This document shows positions 12,323 to 24,277 of a DNA stretch of 64,000 nucleotides, one piece after another. How positions within the stretch are numbered: the stretch's first letter is position 1; every line of letters starts with the position of its first letter. Source of the DNA: Octopus vulgaris (taxonomy: Eukaryota); NCBI GenBank assembly GCA_951406725.2, contig OX597825.1, positions 63,922,001-63,986,000 of the forward strand. The letters run 5' to 3'. The notes beneath the pieces are model-generated. The model searched no databases, was not told where the DNA came from, and worked only from the letters and a program-made list of their open reading frames with translations. The position numbers were made by a program, and so were the translations under genes.

Positions 12323-14682
12323 CATGCATATGTATACAAAGCATTTTACGTACATGGATGGTTAATGAATCTACTTGATATTCTGCCAGAAGCTATCAGT
12401 ACTAATTCAACGAGGTTGATATAAATCGTTAAACAGTGGCGACATCAAGACAAACTTCTGAACTTTTGGAACTAGGTCTACCATTAAATAATAAAAGAGA
12501 AGACATCTTCGCCTAAATATAAACTATGTCATACTGAAAAATCTTCCTGCAGTATCCCAAGCGCACTTCTGTTTAATATTCGGAATCTTTAATATATAAT
12601 CTGCAAACAACTAATGCTGCAATATTTTTCTATAATAAACGTCAAACACGTAAATTATGTATGGGTTTTACAAGTAAACTTCACCAAAATAACGACAAGT
12701 ATATAATTAAGAATAATTATCGCCCACATAAAATTATCTCAGATGGAGCAGAGCCGATAGATTTGCCATAAAGTTAGCATTCGCTTTAATTTAAGTAGAG
12801 ATTCAAGATATTTTTAAAGTTAAAATGTAAAATCTCAATATATTTATGTATGGGAAGCAATTAAATAATAGAAGCAAGAATGAAAAATAAAACAGATTCA
12901 TATACCTCAGAATATAACTAAATAATGATTAGAACGGTTACTTGTATATCGGCAGATTCACAAAATATATACACATAGTCTCGCGCGAACCAGCACACAC
13001 ATACCTGATATCTGTGTGTGCACATATGTGCACACACACACACATACACACACACACACACACAGATATACAAACATGATTACGTGCGTGTCTATATATA
13101 TATATAGAGAGAGAGTGAGTGTATATGTATGCGTGTGAATTTATGGGTTGGTGTGCATATATGGCTGTGTTATTAACGAACTTCAATGAATGGTCACGCG
13201 GAAGTGTCTACATAGCAATGGCTATGTTTATTATACACATTCGTATGGAAAATCGCAGTAAATCCACTAACACTCTCATACTGATAACAACACAGTTTAA
13301 TTACTAGAGACACAAATTAAAGTATACACTTCGAGATTGAGTTTCACGTATAGACGTAAACGTCGCATTTAAATGTGAGTTAGACCATAAAATAGGTGAT
13401 TTATTCCAACGAATACAGATGAATGAAATAGTGCTTCTACGTTAATTTAACTAGCCTTTTAATGAAATATCATACACTCATTAATTTTAAATTAAGAGAA
13501 GTTTATTTTCACTGAAATAAAATTTTAAGTTCCTGGAATTGTAATTGTAACCATCTATTTAAATACTCCATTTGAATTCTGAAATAAAATATATCTTCGT
13601 TATATAATCTTTTTATTTATTTATGATGTGTACAGTTAGTTTATTACAAGTGATTCCACTTCGTGAGTATGCACGTATCTCAAATGAATGCACCCAGGTG
13701 AGATCAGTGTAAAACAAGTAATGCATACACACACACACACATGTATATACATAGACACACACACACGAACACACAACGCACAAACGAACACACTCGCACA
13801 CATATGTATGGACATGTATATATGCATTTTCTCTTGTTTTGTCGTACTGCTTTCGCTCGTTCTGCCATATGGGCAGAGCCTAAGGATTCTCTAAGGGCAT
13901 CCGATGTGTTATAAAACACTGTCTGCATCGCTTCCATAGCATCGAACTATTATTAGTATCTCATAAACATATGTCATGTTTTTATAAAATAGTACTTATC
14001 TCTTAACAGGTGGAGTACATTTTTGTTGACTATACCTTCATGGAAAAAGTATACGGCCACTGGCATTTATAGAGTGTTAAACACTTTCGGTATGCAACTC
14101 AGGGATTCCTTCATAGAGTAATTGTTGCATTTGTTGAATATATAAAAAGCTTAGCTGCTTCTTTGTCTGAAAGCTGCCGGAATGATGTCAGAATGGCGCC
14201 CCTGATGAAATCCTAAGAAGGTTCGAAAATCAATTAATGTTGTTTATCACATTTGTTTTTCAGTCTGCGGAGAAATAACTAAAATTTACCCAGGTTTCTG
14301 GGCTTCAAATTTGCATTTTTTTTTAATTTTTGGTATCGAAAAAGAAAGGATCTTCTTTGTAGTTTGATGAGAAAACGCTAAATGTGTCTGAAAACATTCC
14401 CCCAACTAAAACACATGAATAACTATCAAATAAGGTGAATAAGTACCTGGGGTGGGGGAAAGAAGAGAGAACTAACACTCGATCGTTCTAGAACTCCGAG
14501 AATAATTACCTCTAAGGATTTCCCTCTATTCATTATTAAATGCCTTTCCCTCTTATTCATTTTTAAAAGTAAATAAGCTAGAAAAGATCGATCGTATTTT
14601 AGCCTAATAGTCAATGTAAATGACTGAGGTTTTTCTTTTCTCTTTCTCTACCGTTTCACTCCTTTTCTCTACTGTAAAGAGA

Positions 14683-14785
14683 GTGAAAGTGTGTAGCTCA
14701 GTGGTTGGGGGTATTCGCCCCACGACCGTAAAGTCACGAGTACGATTCCCTGCAGCGCGCTGTGTTCTTGAGCAAGGTACTCACA
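14683..14785 (+). mobile_element. SINE family B head (tRNA-like plus start of CORE-like domain)
   Basis: TAGCTCAGTGGTT A-box and TGTGTTCTTGAGCAAGG; homologous to the head of 23003-23348. Confidence 0.7.
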
Positions 14786-15264
14786 ATCAATATTTCACAA
14801 TTATTAAGGTCTAGTGAAATTTTTATCCGTGCGTGAAATAAAACGGAAAGAACCTGCATACGGATCTGTTAACGGAGGTTTAACAACACCGATGCGCACA
14901 AAAACGTGAGTCCAAGAAGAAAAGCTTCCTGCAAGGTAGAGCTAGAAATGCAATTGTCAAGTAGGCAAAAGGTTTTAAACAGGAGCAATATATTCAAAAT
15001 TGGTAAAACTAAAAATTTGTCCAGGATGAATTACATTTACTCAATATGTTACTCAATATGTTAGATTTATTTAATTTTTGAACGTTTTTTTCTGCAGTTT
15101 ATTTATGCAGGTGGATTTCTTTATCCAACAGCTTGTACTAAGATAGAGACGCAATTAAAATTAGTAACAGAGAAATGAAAATAAAAGTTTGCAAACAGCA
15201 ACGCCACCATAGTTTAAATGGAAACCATGAGCGTACTTTCAAGGGATTTAATCAGAGATCATAA

Positions 15265-15445
15265 TACTTCATGTAAAGTAAATATTAAAAATAATGCAGA
15301 ATCCTCGTCCGGTACCGGATCAATCCCAAAATCTAATCAGTTCGTGCCAGTCACGAGACCAAACATCTCTATAAGTTTCATTCGAATCCATCCAGCATTG
15401 CATTTCTTGTGATGTCTTGACCACGGACGAACAAACAAACAAAAA
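15265..15445 (+). mobile_element. Short interspersed repeat, possibly Helentron-associated (HINE/DINE-like)
   Basis: Palindrome TCCGGTACCGGA, CCCAAAATCTAATCAGTTC, AAGTTTCATTCGAATCCATCCAG and an (ACAA)n tail; class assignment is from recalled similarity. Confidence 0.45.
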
Positions 15446-15467
15446 AATAAATGAAAAAAAAAGATAA

Positions 15468-15754
15468 AGACCAGATAGTTTTGTGATAGATACAGGGCAA
15501 TAGGAAATCAAGATTCTAGATAATGCAATACCTGAGGATGCACGCATAAATGATAAAGAACTAGAGAAGGGTGAGTTGTACAGATTACCAAAAGACGAAA
15601 TTGGAAAAATGTGGACTATGAGGCGAGTATCTGTCTTTCAACCAAGTTTGAGAAATATGTAAAAGAAATCGGTATTGAAATGGGAACAGAGAAAGCCAAA
15701 TAATATGCGCTGTTGGAAGCAGTTACGATTTTGAGATTGCTATTTGGATGTTGA
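15468..15754 (+). pseudogene. R4/Dong-type non-LTR retrotransposon C-terminus (restriction-like endonuclease), decayed
   Basis: Manual translation: RPDSFVIDTGQ*EIKILDNAIPEDARINDKELEKGELYRLPKDEIGKMWTMRRV / STKFEKYVKEIGIEM...ALLEAVTILRLLFGC*; fits the RPD..D.....K..KY..L endonuclease pattern and the ALLGTARILR ending. Confidence 0.85.
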
Positions 15755-15946
15755 TTATATTTCTCTTGAGGTGAAAGGCATTCCATGTGAATAACCGTAC
15801 AATCGGATTACCCTGAGGGAAGTAATTAACACGTGGCAGTCAAACAGTAACATAGGAGTTTTCAAGTGCACATTAAGAGGCATTTGACCAAACCGAACTA
15901 AAAGGATACCCAAATGCACACATATATGTGTGTGACTGTATATATC

Positions 15947-15988
<42 letters not shown>

Positions 15989-16386
15989 CATACCAAGTGA
16001 GAGACACTGTGGCGAGGAGAGACGCATTGATATATTTGGGTGTAGCATGTAAGTGTGATATTTTTAATGTGGTCACATAAAATTTGTCTGCTTTACTGAG
16101 ATATCTGAAAAAAAAACTCAATATCATTCCCGGCACTCTGCACAGCTTTATAGGATTTTGACAAAAATCTCATTAACACTATGAATTGCGAAAAATGATT
16201 AAGCCCTGATTAATCCCTCGACGAATCTGCGACCCGCCTATGTGAAGAATGCTTACCCCCACATAATCTGGGACCACGGTCTTATGAGCCGATAGATCAG
16301 AAATTGCCTACGGTCTTTTTTTTGCAATTGAGATATATACGTTAATGTATGTATAATTAGTTAAAAACAACATACATAAATACACA

Positions 16387-16690
<304 letters not shown>

Positions 16691-17114
16691 TGGGTCGCTG
16701 GAGACGTGTGTTGATATGAGTATATACGTGCAATTTTTATGTGTATGTATATGTGCGTTTGTAAATTTATTACCCCGTTCGTAAAAAATAAAAGCAAATA
16801 TCTCTATATTTATAAACGTAATTATTATTCCTTCCCAGTGTTCGTTCACTCTGTTTCTTCCCATGGTATTTGCAAACATGAAATATACCCATTATGCATA
16901 GAAATATTTCCTTGCCTGAGTTATATTTACTTATCATGAATTTAAGAGACTGCCCATGAATAACTATTCCCATTTTTTGTTTTTTTTCTACAAACAATTC
17001 TATAAAATACTACAATATCGAAATTGTTTTTGTTTTTCATTTTCGTTGAGATATTCATACACTTATACATAGAAAACATATGCATCTACATACGGGTACG
17101 CTTAAATGTGCATT

Positions 17115-17166
<52 letters not shown>

Positions 17167-17854
17167 TATTGTGATACATGTGGGGATATATTTTTATACA
17201 CATATGTATATATATATAACGCCTATACATGAATGCATACACACATTCATACATATATACAATACATACATACAAATGCGTAGTAATGTTTGTTGGTAGC
17301 TTGAATGTAGTCACATATAATTTCTCTAAATTACTAAGATACAACAAAAAATTTAAATATTATTTTGTTGCAGTCCGTCTATATTCTGAAACAACTGAGT
17401 AGGAATTTGACACTAATCTAATTAAGATTATGCATTCATTGAAGGAATCGTATTCAGTTCCATGTAATGAAATGTGCTGATAGTAACCTATTCTACGAAA
17501 TATATGGCACCAACTCGTGAGAACTATCAAATATATTCTTTTATCAAGTGTGCGATCTTTGCTTGCCTTGATCGAATTTCATGCATTTGGAACAAGGAAT
17601 ATACATATATGTATTTGAATTGTCAATGATGTGGATTTGGAACAAGATTTTACCTTTCTTTTAACTTGCTTTCTAAGTCACACAATTACATTCACACATG
17701 TACAGCCTGTTTATTTACATCATACACAAAGACACGTCCATACATTCTTGTTATATATAGACGCTCAACTGTGAGCAGATAATGATCTGTTCGTATGTGT
17801 CTACTTGTCTATGAATATATAAATACTCACTCTTAAACACACACATATCATAAA

Positions 17855-17859
<5 letters not shown>

Positions 17860-17935
<76 letters not shown>

Positions 17936-18075
17936 GTGTATGAATATATATATATATAAATATATATATATATGTATGTATATATATGCATATGTACATA
18001 TATTTGTGTGTATATATATACACATATACATGTTTATACACATGTATATTTTTTTGCATATATACATATGTATGG
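17860..18075. repeat. (TA)n and degenerate TA/TG/CA tract
   Basis: Directly visible. Confidence 0.95.
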
Positions 18076-18102
18076 ATATTTAAATAAATATTCACATATT
18101 CA

Positions 18103-18300
18103 CATCTGCTTTCCGGGATCCCAGATGAACCCACTGCAAGGTACGAAGGTAACCTAAGGGCAGCAGCTACAAACTCTCTCTTAGATCAGTGGCCAGCCAC
18201 GGCAAACTGGACTTAGAGAGGGTAGCAACAAGGGCGGTGCCCCAGGATGGCCTCAGCCGGATGGCTGAAACAAGTAAAAGAGTAAAAGAGTAAAAGAGTA
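18103..18300 (+). mobile_element. 5'-truncated CR1-like LINE 3' end (ORF2 C-terminus, short 3'UTR, (GTAAAAGA)n tail)
   Basis: 18106-18216 translates LLSGIPDEPTARYEGNLRAAATNSLLDQWPATANWT*, matching the IPD(E/Q)P...RAA.SNSL.DQ ending of invertebrate CR1-group ORF2; followed by GGCGGTGCCCCAGGATGGCC...GCTGAAACAA(GTAAAAGA)3. Confidence 0.8.
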
Positions 18301-18494
18301 TATGTATGTTTGCGTGCATATGTGTGAGTGTGTGTGTGCGCGTGTGTGTGTATGAGTGTGAGTTTGTGATTCTAAATGCTTCAGTAACGCGTATAACATA
18401 TTAATATTGATGTGAATTGCGTATTTTAAATTCTTATATTTGCATAGATAAGTGTATGATGTGAGTGATTTTTTTGCATCTACTTGATTATATG

Positions 18495-18567
18495 TTATAC
18501 ACACACACACACATACACACATATATATATATATATATATATGTGTGTGTCTGTATGTGTCTCTCTC

Positions 18568-18629
<62 letters not shown>

Positions 18630-18735
18630 CATTTATACATACGTAAATATATACATATATATGCTTACACATGTATATTTATGTATATACGTATATGTAT
18701 GTGTATGTGTATGTGTATATATGTATAAGTATATG
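18495..18735. repeat. (CA)n/(TA)n/(TG)n microsatellite cluster
   Basis: Directly visible. Confidence 0.95.
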
Positions 18736-19566
18736 CATTAATAATCCGGAACGGTAACATTACTGCATGCAGTATCATGAGTTTCCTGCATTCACGTTTG
18801 GCTGCTTATTATAAATTGTATACTGAACTGTACCATCCTCTGAAGCGCATGCACACCCTCTATCCGTAGTTCTTTTTTGTATCACTTCTAAAATAGACCA
18901 TCGATCTGCATCCGTCCGGCCTTTTGCGACGTATACACAAACACTTCTGACCCAAATATCTTTTAAGTATTCTGTTGGGCCCCACTGGTCTCACACTAAC
19001 CCATACGAGCATTCTTTCATCCGCAATTCTTTCGCTTCTTTAGGTCTAACATCTGATAATAGCTTCCTTGAACCAGTAGACATTTCCCGGTTTAAACACA
19101 ATATTAATATCATAAATCTCAGCAGTGTTCGAGACTACTCCTTCGCTGATCCTCCTGCTACTGCAACTATTTGTATAGCCCGAGACGGTTGCTCTTTTGC
19201 CACTTCTACATCAGCGCTCAAGTCTCACAGTTATCGTCATGTCATCACATACATTAACTTTAATATCCAAAACATTGCACAAACCAAAGAACCGTGTCAC
19301 GTTCCCATAAACTTTGACTGTCAGAACCATATCCATTCTCTGCGTCTTATTCACAGTCATCGATTTGCAACAGTTATTTAATATGGAACATCAATGGTAT
19401 CGGTTTCCTGTGGCTCAGTTAACGTTTCACTGATCACGCGTACTGTTATTCTTAGTTAATACATATACTCACATATACACACATACAGACAGGTATACAC
19501 ACACACACACACACACACACATAAATACATATATATATGTGTGTGTGTGTATATAGATATAGATAC

Positions 19567-19744
19567 GTAGGCACATGCGTAGCTGTATGGTAAAAAGTTA
19601 GCTTCTCAACCGCATGGTTCTGGGCCTAGGTTCAGTCCCACTATATAGCAACTAGAGCAAGTGCCTTCTACTATAGACTCGAGCCGGTCAATACCTTTTG
19701 AATAGATTTGGTAGATAGAAACTGAAAGAATCCTGTCGTATATA

Positions 19745-19745
<1 letters not shown>
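19567..19745 (+). mobile_element. SINE family C, 5' module
   Basis: GCTGTATGGTAA...GGTTCAGTCCCACT...GCAAGTGCCTTCTACTATAG...GAAACTGAAAGAA then (TA)n. Confidence 0.85.
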
Positions 19746-19786
<41 letters not shown>

Positions 19787-19828
19787 GCAAGATTTTTTAT
19801 GTGACGTCGTGTGTTGAAACATATGTTG

Positions 19829-20112
19829 TTGTATTTCGGAATGGTCATTTATTTTTTATATTAAACTTAATCTTATTTCGGCTAGAGTTCTTTCGTCACA
19901 CTCCTGTGACCGCATCAGTGGTCCTTTGGTTTCTTTTTTCTTATTTGTGTCTCTCCTTACTAACCGTCACCCATTTTATATTTCTATTGTGAGTGTCTTT
20001 ATTTGCGCATGCGTATATCTCTATGTAAAAAATAAATAACACTGAAGCAAAGTAACACCAACTAGTGCGTGTGTTTTTATTCGCTAAACTGGCAAAATGA
20101 CCATTCCGAAAT

Positions 20113-20116
<4 letters not shown>
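19829..20116. mobile_element. Element with perfect 22-bp inverted ends and an internal hammerhead-like motif (Penelope-like or MITE)
   Basis: TTGTATTTCGGAATGGTCATTT (19829-19850) and AAATGACCATTCCGAAATACAA (20095-20116); minus-strand CTGATGC-G-GTCAC(aggagt)GTGAC-GAAAG-AA-CTC at 19880-19924. Confidence 0.7.
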
Positions 20117-20192
<76 letters not shown>

Positions 20193-20639
20193 ACATGTAG
20201 TATATATAAATGTGTACGTGTAGTTATGTATATATATATGTGTGTGTGTATATATGTATGTATGTATGGTTGTATTTGCATTTGTGCGTTCGTGCATGTG
20301 ATTGCTTGTATGTGTATGTATTTATATTTATACATTCACCAAATAAGTAGGCAAAGGATGATTTTATCACTTCGTTAATGGCCAGTTACAATTGTTTCTG
20401 TGCCAACTTTGTTTTCAAAGCCAGTTCACGCAAGGGTTCCGAGTGAAGATTAATCTTATGTTTGCAGTGTTAAACATTAGCGAGGCTCGTCTTCAAACTC
20501 ACATCAGAGGTACACGTTTTCATTGTGTGCCTGCCACACATTGTGTTTTGCTTATATTGGGAAGAAATAAATTATGAAAACATGTCATGTCAGGGGAAAA
20601 TGCAATGTCAAAGCGAAAGCTGATTGATGTATGGTTGTT

Positions 20640-21278
20640 GGATAAAGAAGTAGAAGAAGAATAAGAAGAGGACAGAGAAAGGAAAGGAAACGATGAAAAA
20701 GAATAGAAAGAATGAGGGAGAAGGGGAGAAATAAATGAAGAGGATAGTAGAAAAAAGAGACGAAGGTTAAGTTTGAGAAGAAAAAAAAGGAAAACGAAGA
20801 TGAAGATCAGAAAGAAGAAGAAAAGAGAAATAAGAAGAAGAGAAAGAATAATAAGAAGAAGAACAAGAAGAGAAAGAAGGAGAGAAAGAAGAAGTGGAGA
20901 AAGAAGAAGTAGAGAAAAAAGAAGAAGTGGAAGAAGAAGAAGAAGAAGAAGAAGAGAAAGAAGAATATAAAGAATAAGAAAAAGAAAAGAAGAGGAAGAA
21001 GAAGAGAAAGAAGAAAAGAAAGAAGGAGAGAAAGAAGAAGTAGACAAAAAAGAAGAAGCGGAAGAAGAAGAAGAGAAGAGAAAGAAAAGAAGAGGAAGAA
21101 TAAGAGAAAGAAGAAAAGAAGAAGAGAAAGAAGAAAAAAGAAGAGAGAGATGAAAAGAAAGAAGCGAAAGAAGAAGGAATATAAGCAGAAGAAGAAGAAG
21201 AAGAAGAAGAAGAAGAAGAAGAAGAAGAAGAAGAAGAAGAAGAAGAAGAAGAAGAAGAAGAAGAAGAAGGAATAACAA
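20640..21278 (+). repeat. Polypurine tract ending in a pure (GAA)n array (~21187-21268)
   Basis: Directly visible; source of the poly-Leu/Ser and poly-Arg ORFs. Confidence 0.97.
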
Positions 21279-21429
21279 GGAATATCAGAAAATATGTGAT
21301 AGGACGTGTAAGATGGTCAATAACGATTTACTCTACATTCGCCTTTAGAAAGTTACAATGAACAAGTAGAAATTTTGGTGTAGAAATATAAATATCGTGC
21401 GTTCAAAATAAATTAAATAACAATACGAA

Positions 21430-21907
21430 TATGAACTTTTAAACCGAAATCAAATGACAACAAATGAGATCTACCGCAAGCAGTTTCAGCGGCTTAAGTC
21501 AGCGCTAGAAGAAAAGCGATCATCTTTGGTTTAAAGACGGAAGGTGTTCTTCCATTAGGATAATGCTCGGCCACATACACCGACGATGACATTCCAAACG
21601 CTGGAGATGTTTGAATGGGAAACAATGTTCCACCCACCATATTCGCCGAATATTGCTCCATCTGATTATCATTTATTTTGCTGTCTTCAAAATAAGGAAT
21701 TCTGTAGACGAGGTCAAAACATACCGGGAGAGTGTTTTCCATCACGGACAAGTTATTTTGGTAGAATTTTGCAAGTCTTCCAGAGGGGTGGAAGAACATC
21801 GTACAAAATGGAGGAGAGTATATTTTAGATTAAAATATGAACATTGCTTATCTTAATTTCGAAAATAAAAGAAGTACAAAAAACGCATTATTTCTGGGAT
21901 GACCGAA
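21430..21907 (+). mobile_element. Mariner 3' fragment (second family) with right TIR
   Basis: DNARPH and HPPYSPNIAPSDYHLF motifs; ends AAAACGCATTATTTCTGGGATGACCGAA-TA, a TIR unlike that of 5907-7190. Confidence 0.88.
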
Positions 21908-22006
21908 TACATTAACGTATATGCACATGTGTATTTATGTATACATCCATATAAATATATAGCTACATAGGTATAGTCACAAACATATACACACCCACGC
22001 ACATGT

Positions 22007-22007
22007 A

Positions 22008-22102
<95 letters not shown>

Positions 22103-22155
22103 GTATCTATATATCTATCTATCTATCTTTCTATCTATATCTATCTATCTATCTA

Positions 22156-22211
<56 letters not shown>

Positions 22212-22262
22212 AGTATGTAAGGATGTATGTATGTAAGGATGTATGTATGTAAGGATGTATAT
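22007..22262. repeat. (TATC)n, (TA)n and about three copies of 16-bp GTAAGGATGTATGTAT
   Basis: Directly visible. Confidence 0.95.
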
Positions 22263-23002
22263 AAAAATCAGGTGTATAACTGAAACGATATGCAACAAGT
22301 GTAATTCATTCTGTTAGTGGACTCACCAGACCACCGGGAAGAGTACGCTGTGGATTTTTACTTACATGCATTTATGTTCATAGTCGAAGTTGTATCATAA
22401 TTCAAATCACGACTTAACTTTTATAATCCCGATGCCGATAAAACATGCACGAAGTAACTACAAGCACATTTTTGTCTGATGAGGAATATTCATGGAAACA
22501 AATATATTCATGTTATTTCTGCTCTACTGATTATATATGAAGTCAATGTGCAAAACTATACGTTTATATAATATGGTTGTAGTGAGCGAGATTTATTTTC
22601 TATCTTTGAAATTTATCTTAGACTTTAGAGAAACAAATCAATTATTTGTATTTTGGTAGAAAAATTTAATAATCAGTAAAGAGAATTAATTACGTTTTAA
22701 AATATAATTTTTCCTATGGAAGTGTTGCATAAAGCAATACTCTTGACGATATTGTTAATGCAATGTGTAAAAATATTCGCAAATCTCATTAAACGACTTG
22801 TTGCGTAACGAGATTTTTTCATACAAATACCAACGTCATTTACATTTTATCGTCTGGCAAACATTTACTGTAAATCACTGGACAGAAATAAATAAATGAC
22901 ATATGTCACACATTTTGCTGCAATATCTTGTTAATGATTTCCGCATTTTTACATCTATAGCTTAGTTAAAATTTAGAGGAACGTTGCCCTTTGCATATTT
23001 AT

Positions 23003-23348
23003 AGGCCTGAGACCCACTTCGGTCACGACACAGACGATGGGATTGCACCTAGAATGTTACCATCCGAGGCACAAGTCCGGTCAAGGTTGTTTATGGAAGA
23101 CCAGCAGTCGCCCAAGCGTACTGGCTTCCCCTCTCCACGCCACCAGTGTTATCCAAGGGAAAAGCAAAGGGGCCAATACAGCTTGGCACCTGTGACGTCA
23201 CAACTCGTTTCTACAGCTGAGTGAACAGGAGCAACGTGAAATAAAGTGTCTTGCTCAAGAACACAACACGCAGCCCGGACCGGGATTCGAGCTCACAACC
23301 TCACGACCGTAAGCTCCACGCTCTAACCACTGAGCCATGCGCCTTCAC
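23003..23348 (-). mobile_element. tRNA-derived CORE-type SINE family B, near full length
   Basis: Minus strand: GTGAAGGCGCATGGCTCAGTGGTTAGAGCG (A-box), GAGCTCGAATCCC (B-box), TGTGTTCTTGAGCAAGACACTTTATTTCAC (CORE-like). Confidence 0.9.
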
Positions 23349-23764
23349 CAAAAATATCATATGAGGAAAGGAGAATTCTTTTAGATTCAGGATCTGATCA
23401 AAATAATTTCTATGATGTCCTTTCTGCCAAAAGACTAGCAGTGGTAAGTTGATCACATTGAGCCAAAGGACGGATTAAATGTTTCATCCTAAAATAAAAA
23501 CAGCTCTTCCTACGGGATTCCTCAATCTTCTTATCTGCATCGTTTCACTCTGAAGACATTAGTAGAGGAAGACATTTTCCTAAAATGCCGTATGTTTAAT
23601 CTAAAACCACAAACTCAAGAATCGAACGCTGTTAGTAAACACTATATCCAATGAGATGTATATAGTATTGCTTAATCCGGTCAACACTGGAATTCATGTG
23701 CTCTTCTGTTTTGCCCCTAATGTTTGTTAGAATCAGTAGCGCAAAATACCAGATGTATGAGATT

Positions 23765-24277
23765 AGGAGTGCTGTGTGGTAAGTAGATTCCTTACCAACC
23801 ACATGGTTCCGGGTTCATTCCCACTGCGTGGCACCTTGGGCAAGTGTCTTCTACTATAGCCTCTGGCCGACCAAAGCCTAGTGAGTGGATTTGGTAGATG
23901 GAAACGGAAAGAAACTCGTCGTATATATGTATATACATATATATATATATAAGTTAATCCAAACAAGAAAACACCGAAAAAAACACAGCAACGCGAGGAC
24001 GTGGAACAATTAAAGTATTATGTATATACATATATATATATATGTATGTATGTGTATATGATTGTGTGTCTGGGTTTGTCTCCCAACATCGCTTGACAAC
24101 CGATGGTGGTGTGTTCACGTCCCCGTCACTGCGCGGTTCGGTAAAAGAGACTGATAAAATAATTACTATGCTTCCAAAGAATATGTCCTGGGGTCGATTT
24201 GCTCGACTAAAAGCGGTGTTCCAGCATGGCCGCAGTCAAATGACTGAAACAAGTAAAAGCGTAAATGAGTAAAAGAG
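23765..24277 (+). mobile_element. SINE family C, full length, with a nested ~70-bp insertion
   Basis: Head GCTGTGTGGTAAG..GGTTCATTCCC, CORE-like CACCTTGGGCAAGTGTCTT, internal microsatellite, 3' module and CAGCATGGCCGCAGTCAAATGACTGAAACAAGTAAAAG tail. Confidence 0.92.

Noticed and set aside
18790-19440. Possible minus-strand RTE LINE relic (ERMLVWVS peptide)
   Set aside because: Only one weak motif; too degraded to call without a search.
20520-21278. 252-aa Leu/Ser/Phe membrane-protein-like ORF
   Set aside because: Antisense reading of the GAA-rich tract.
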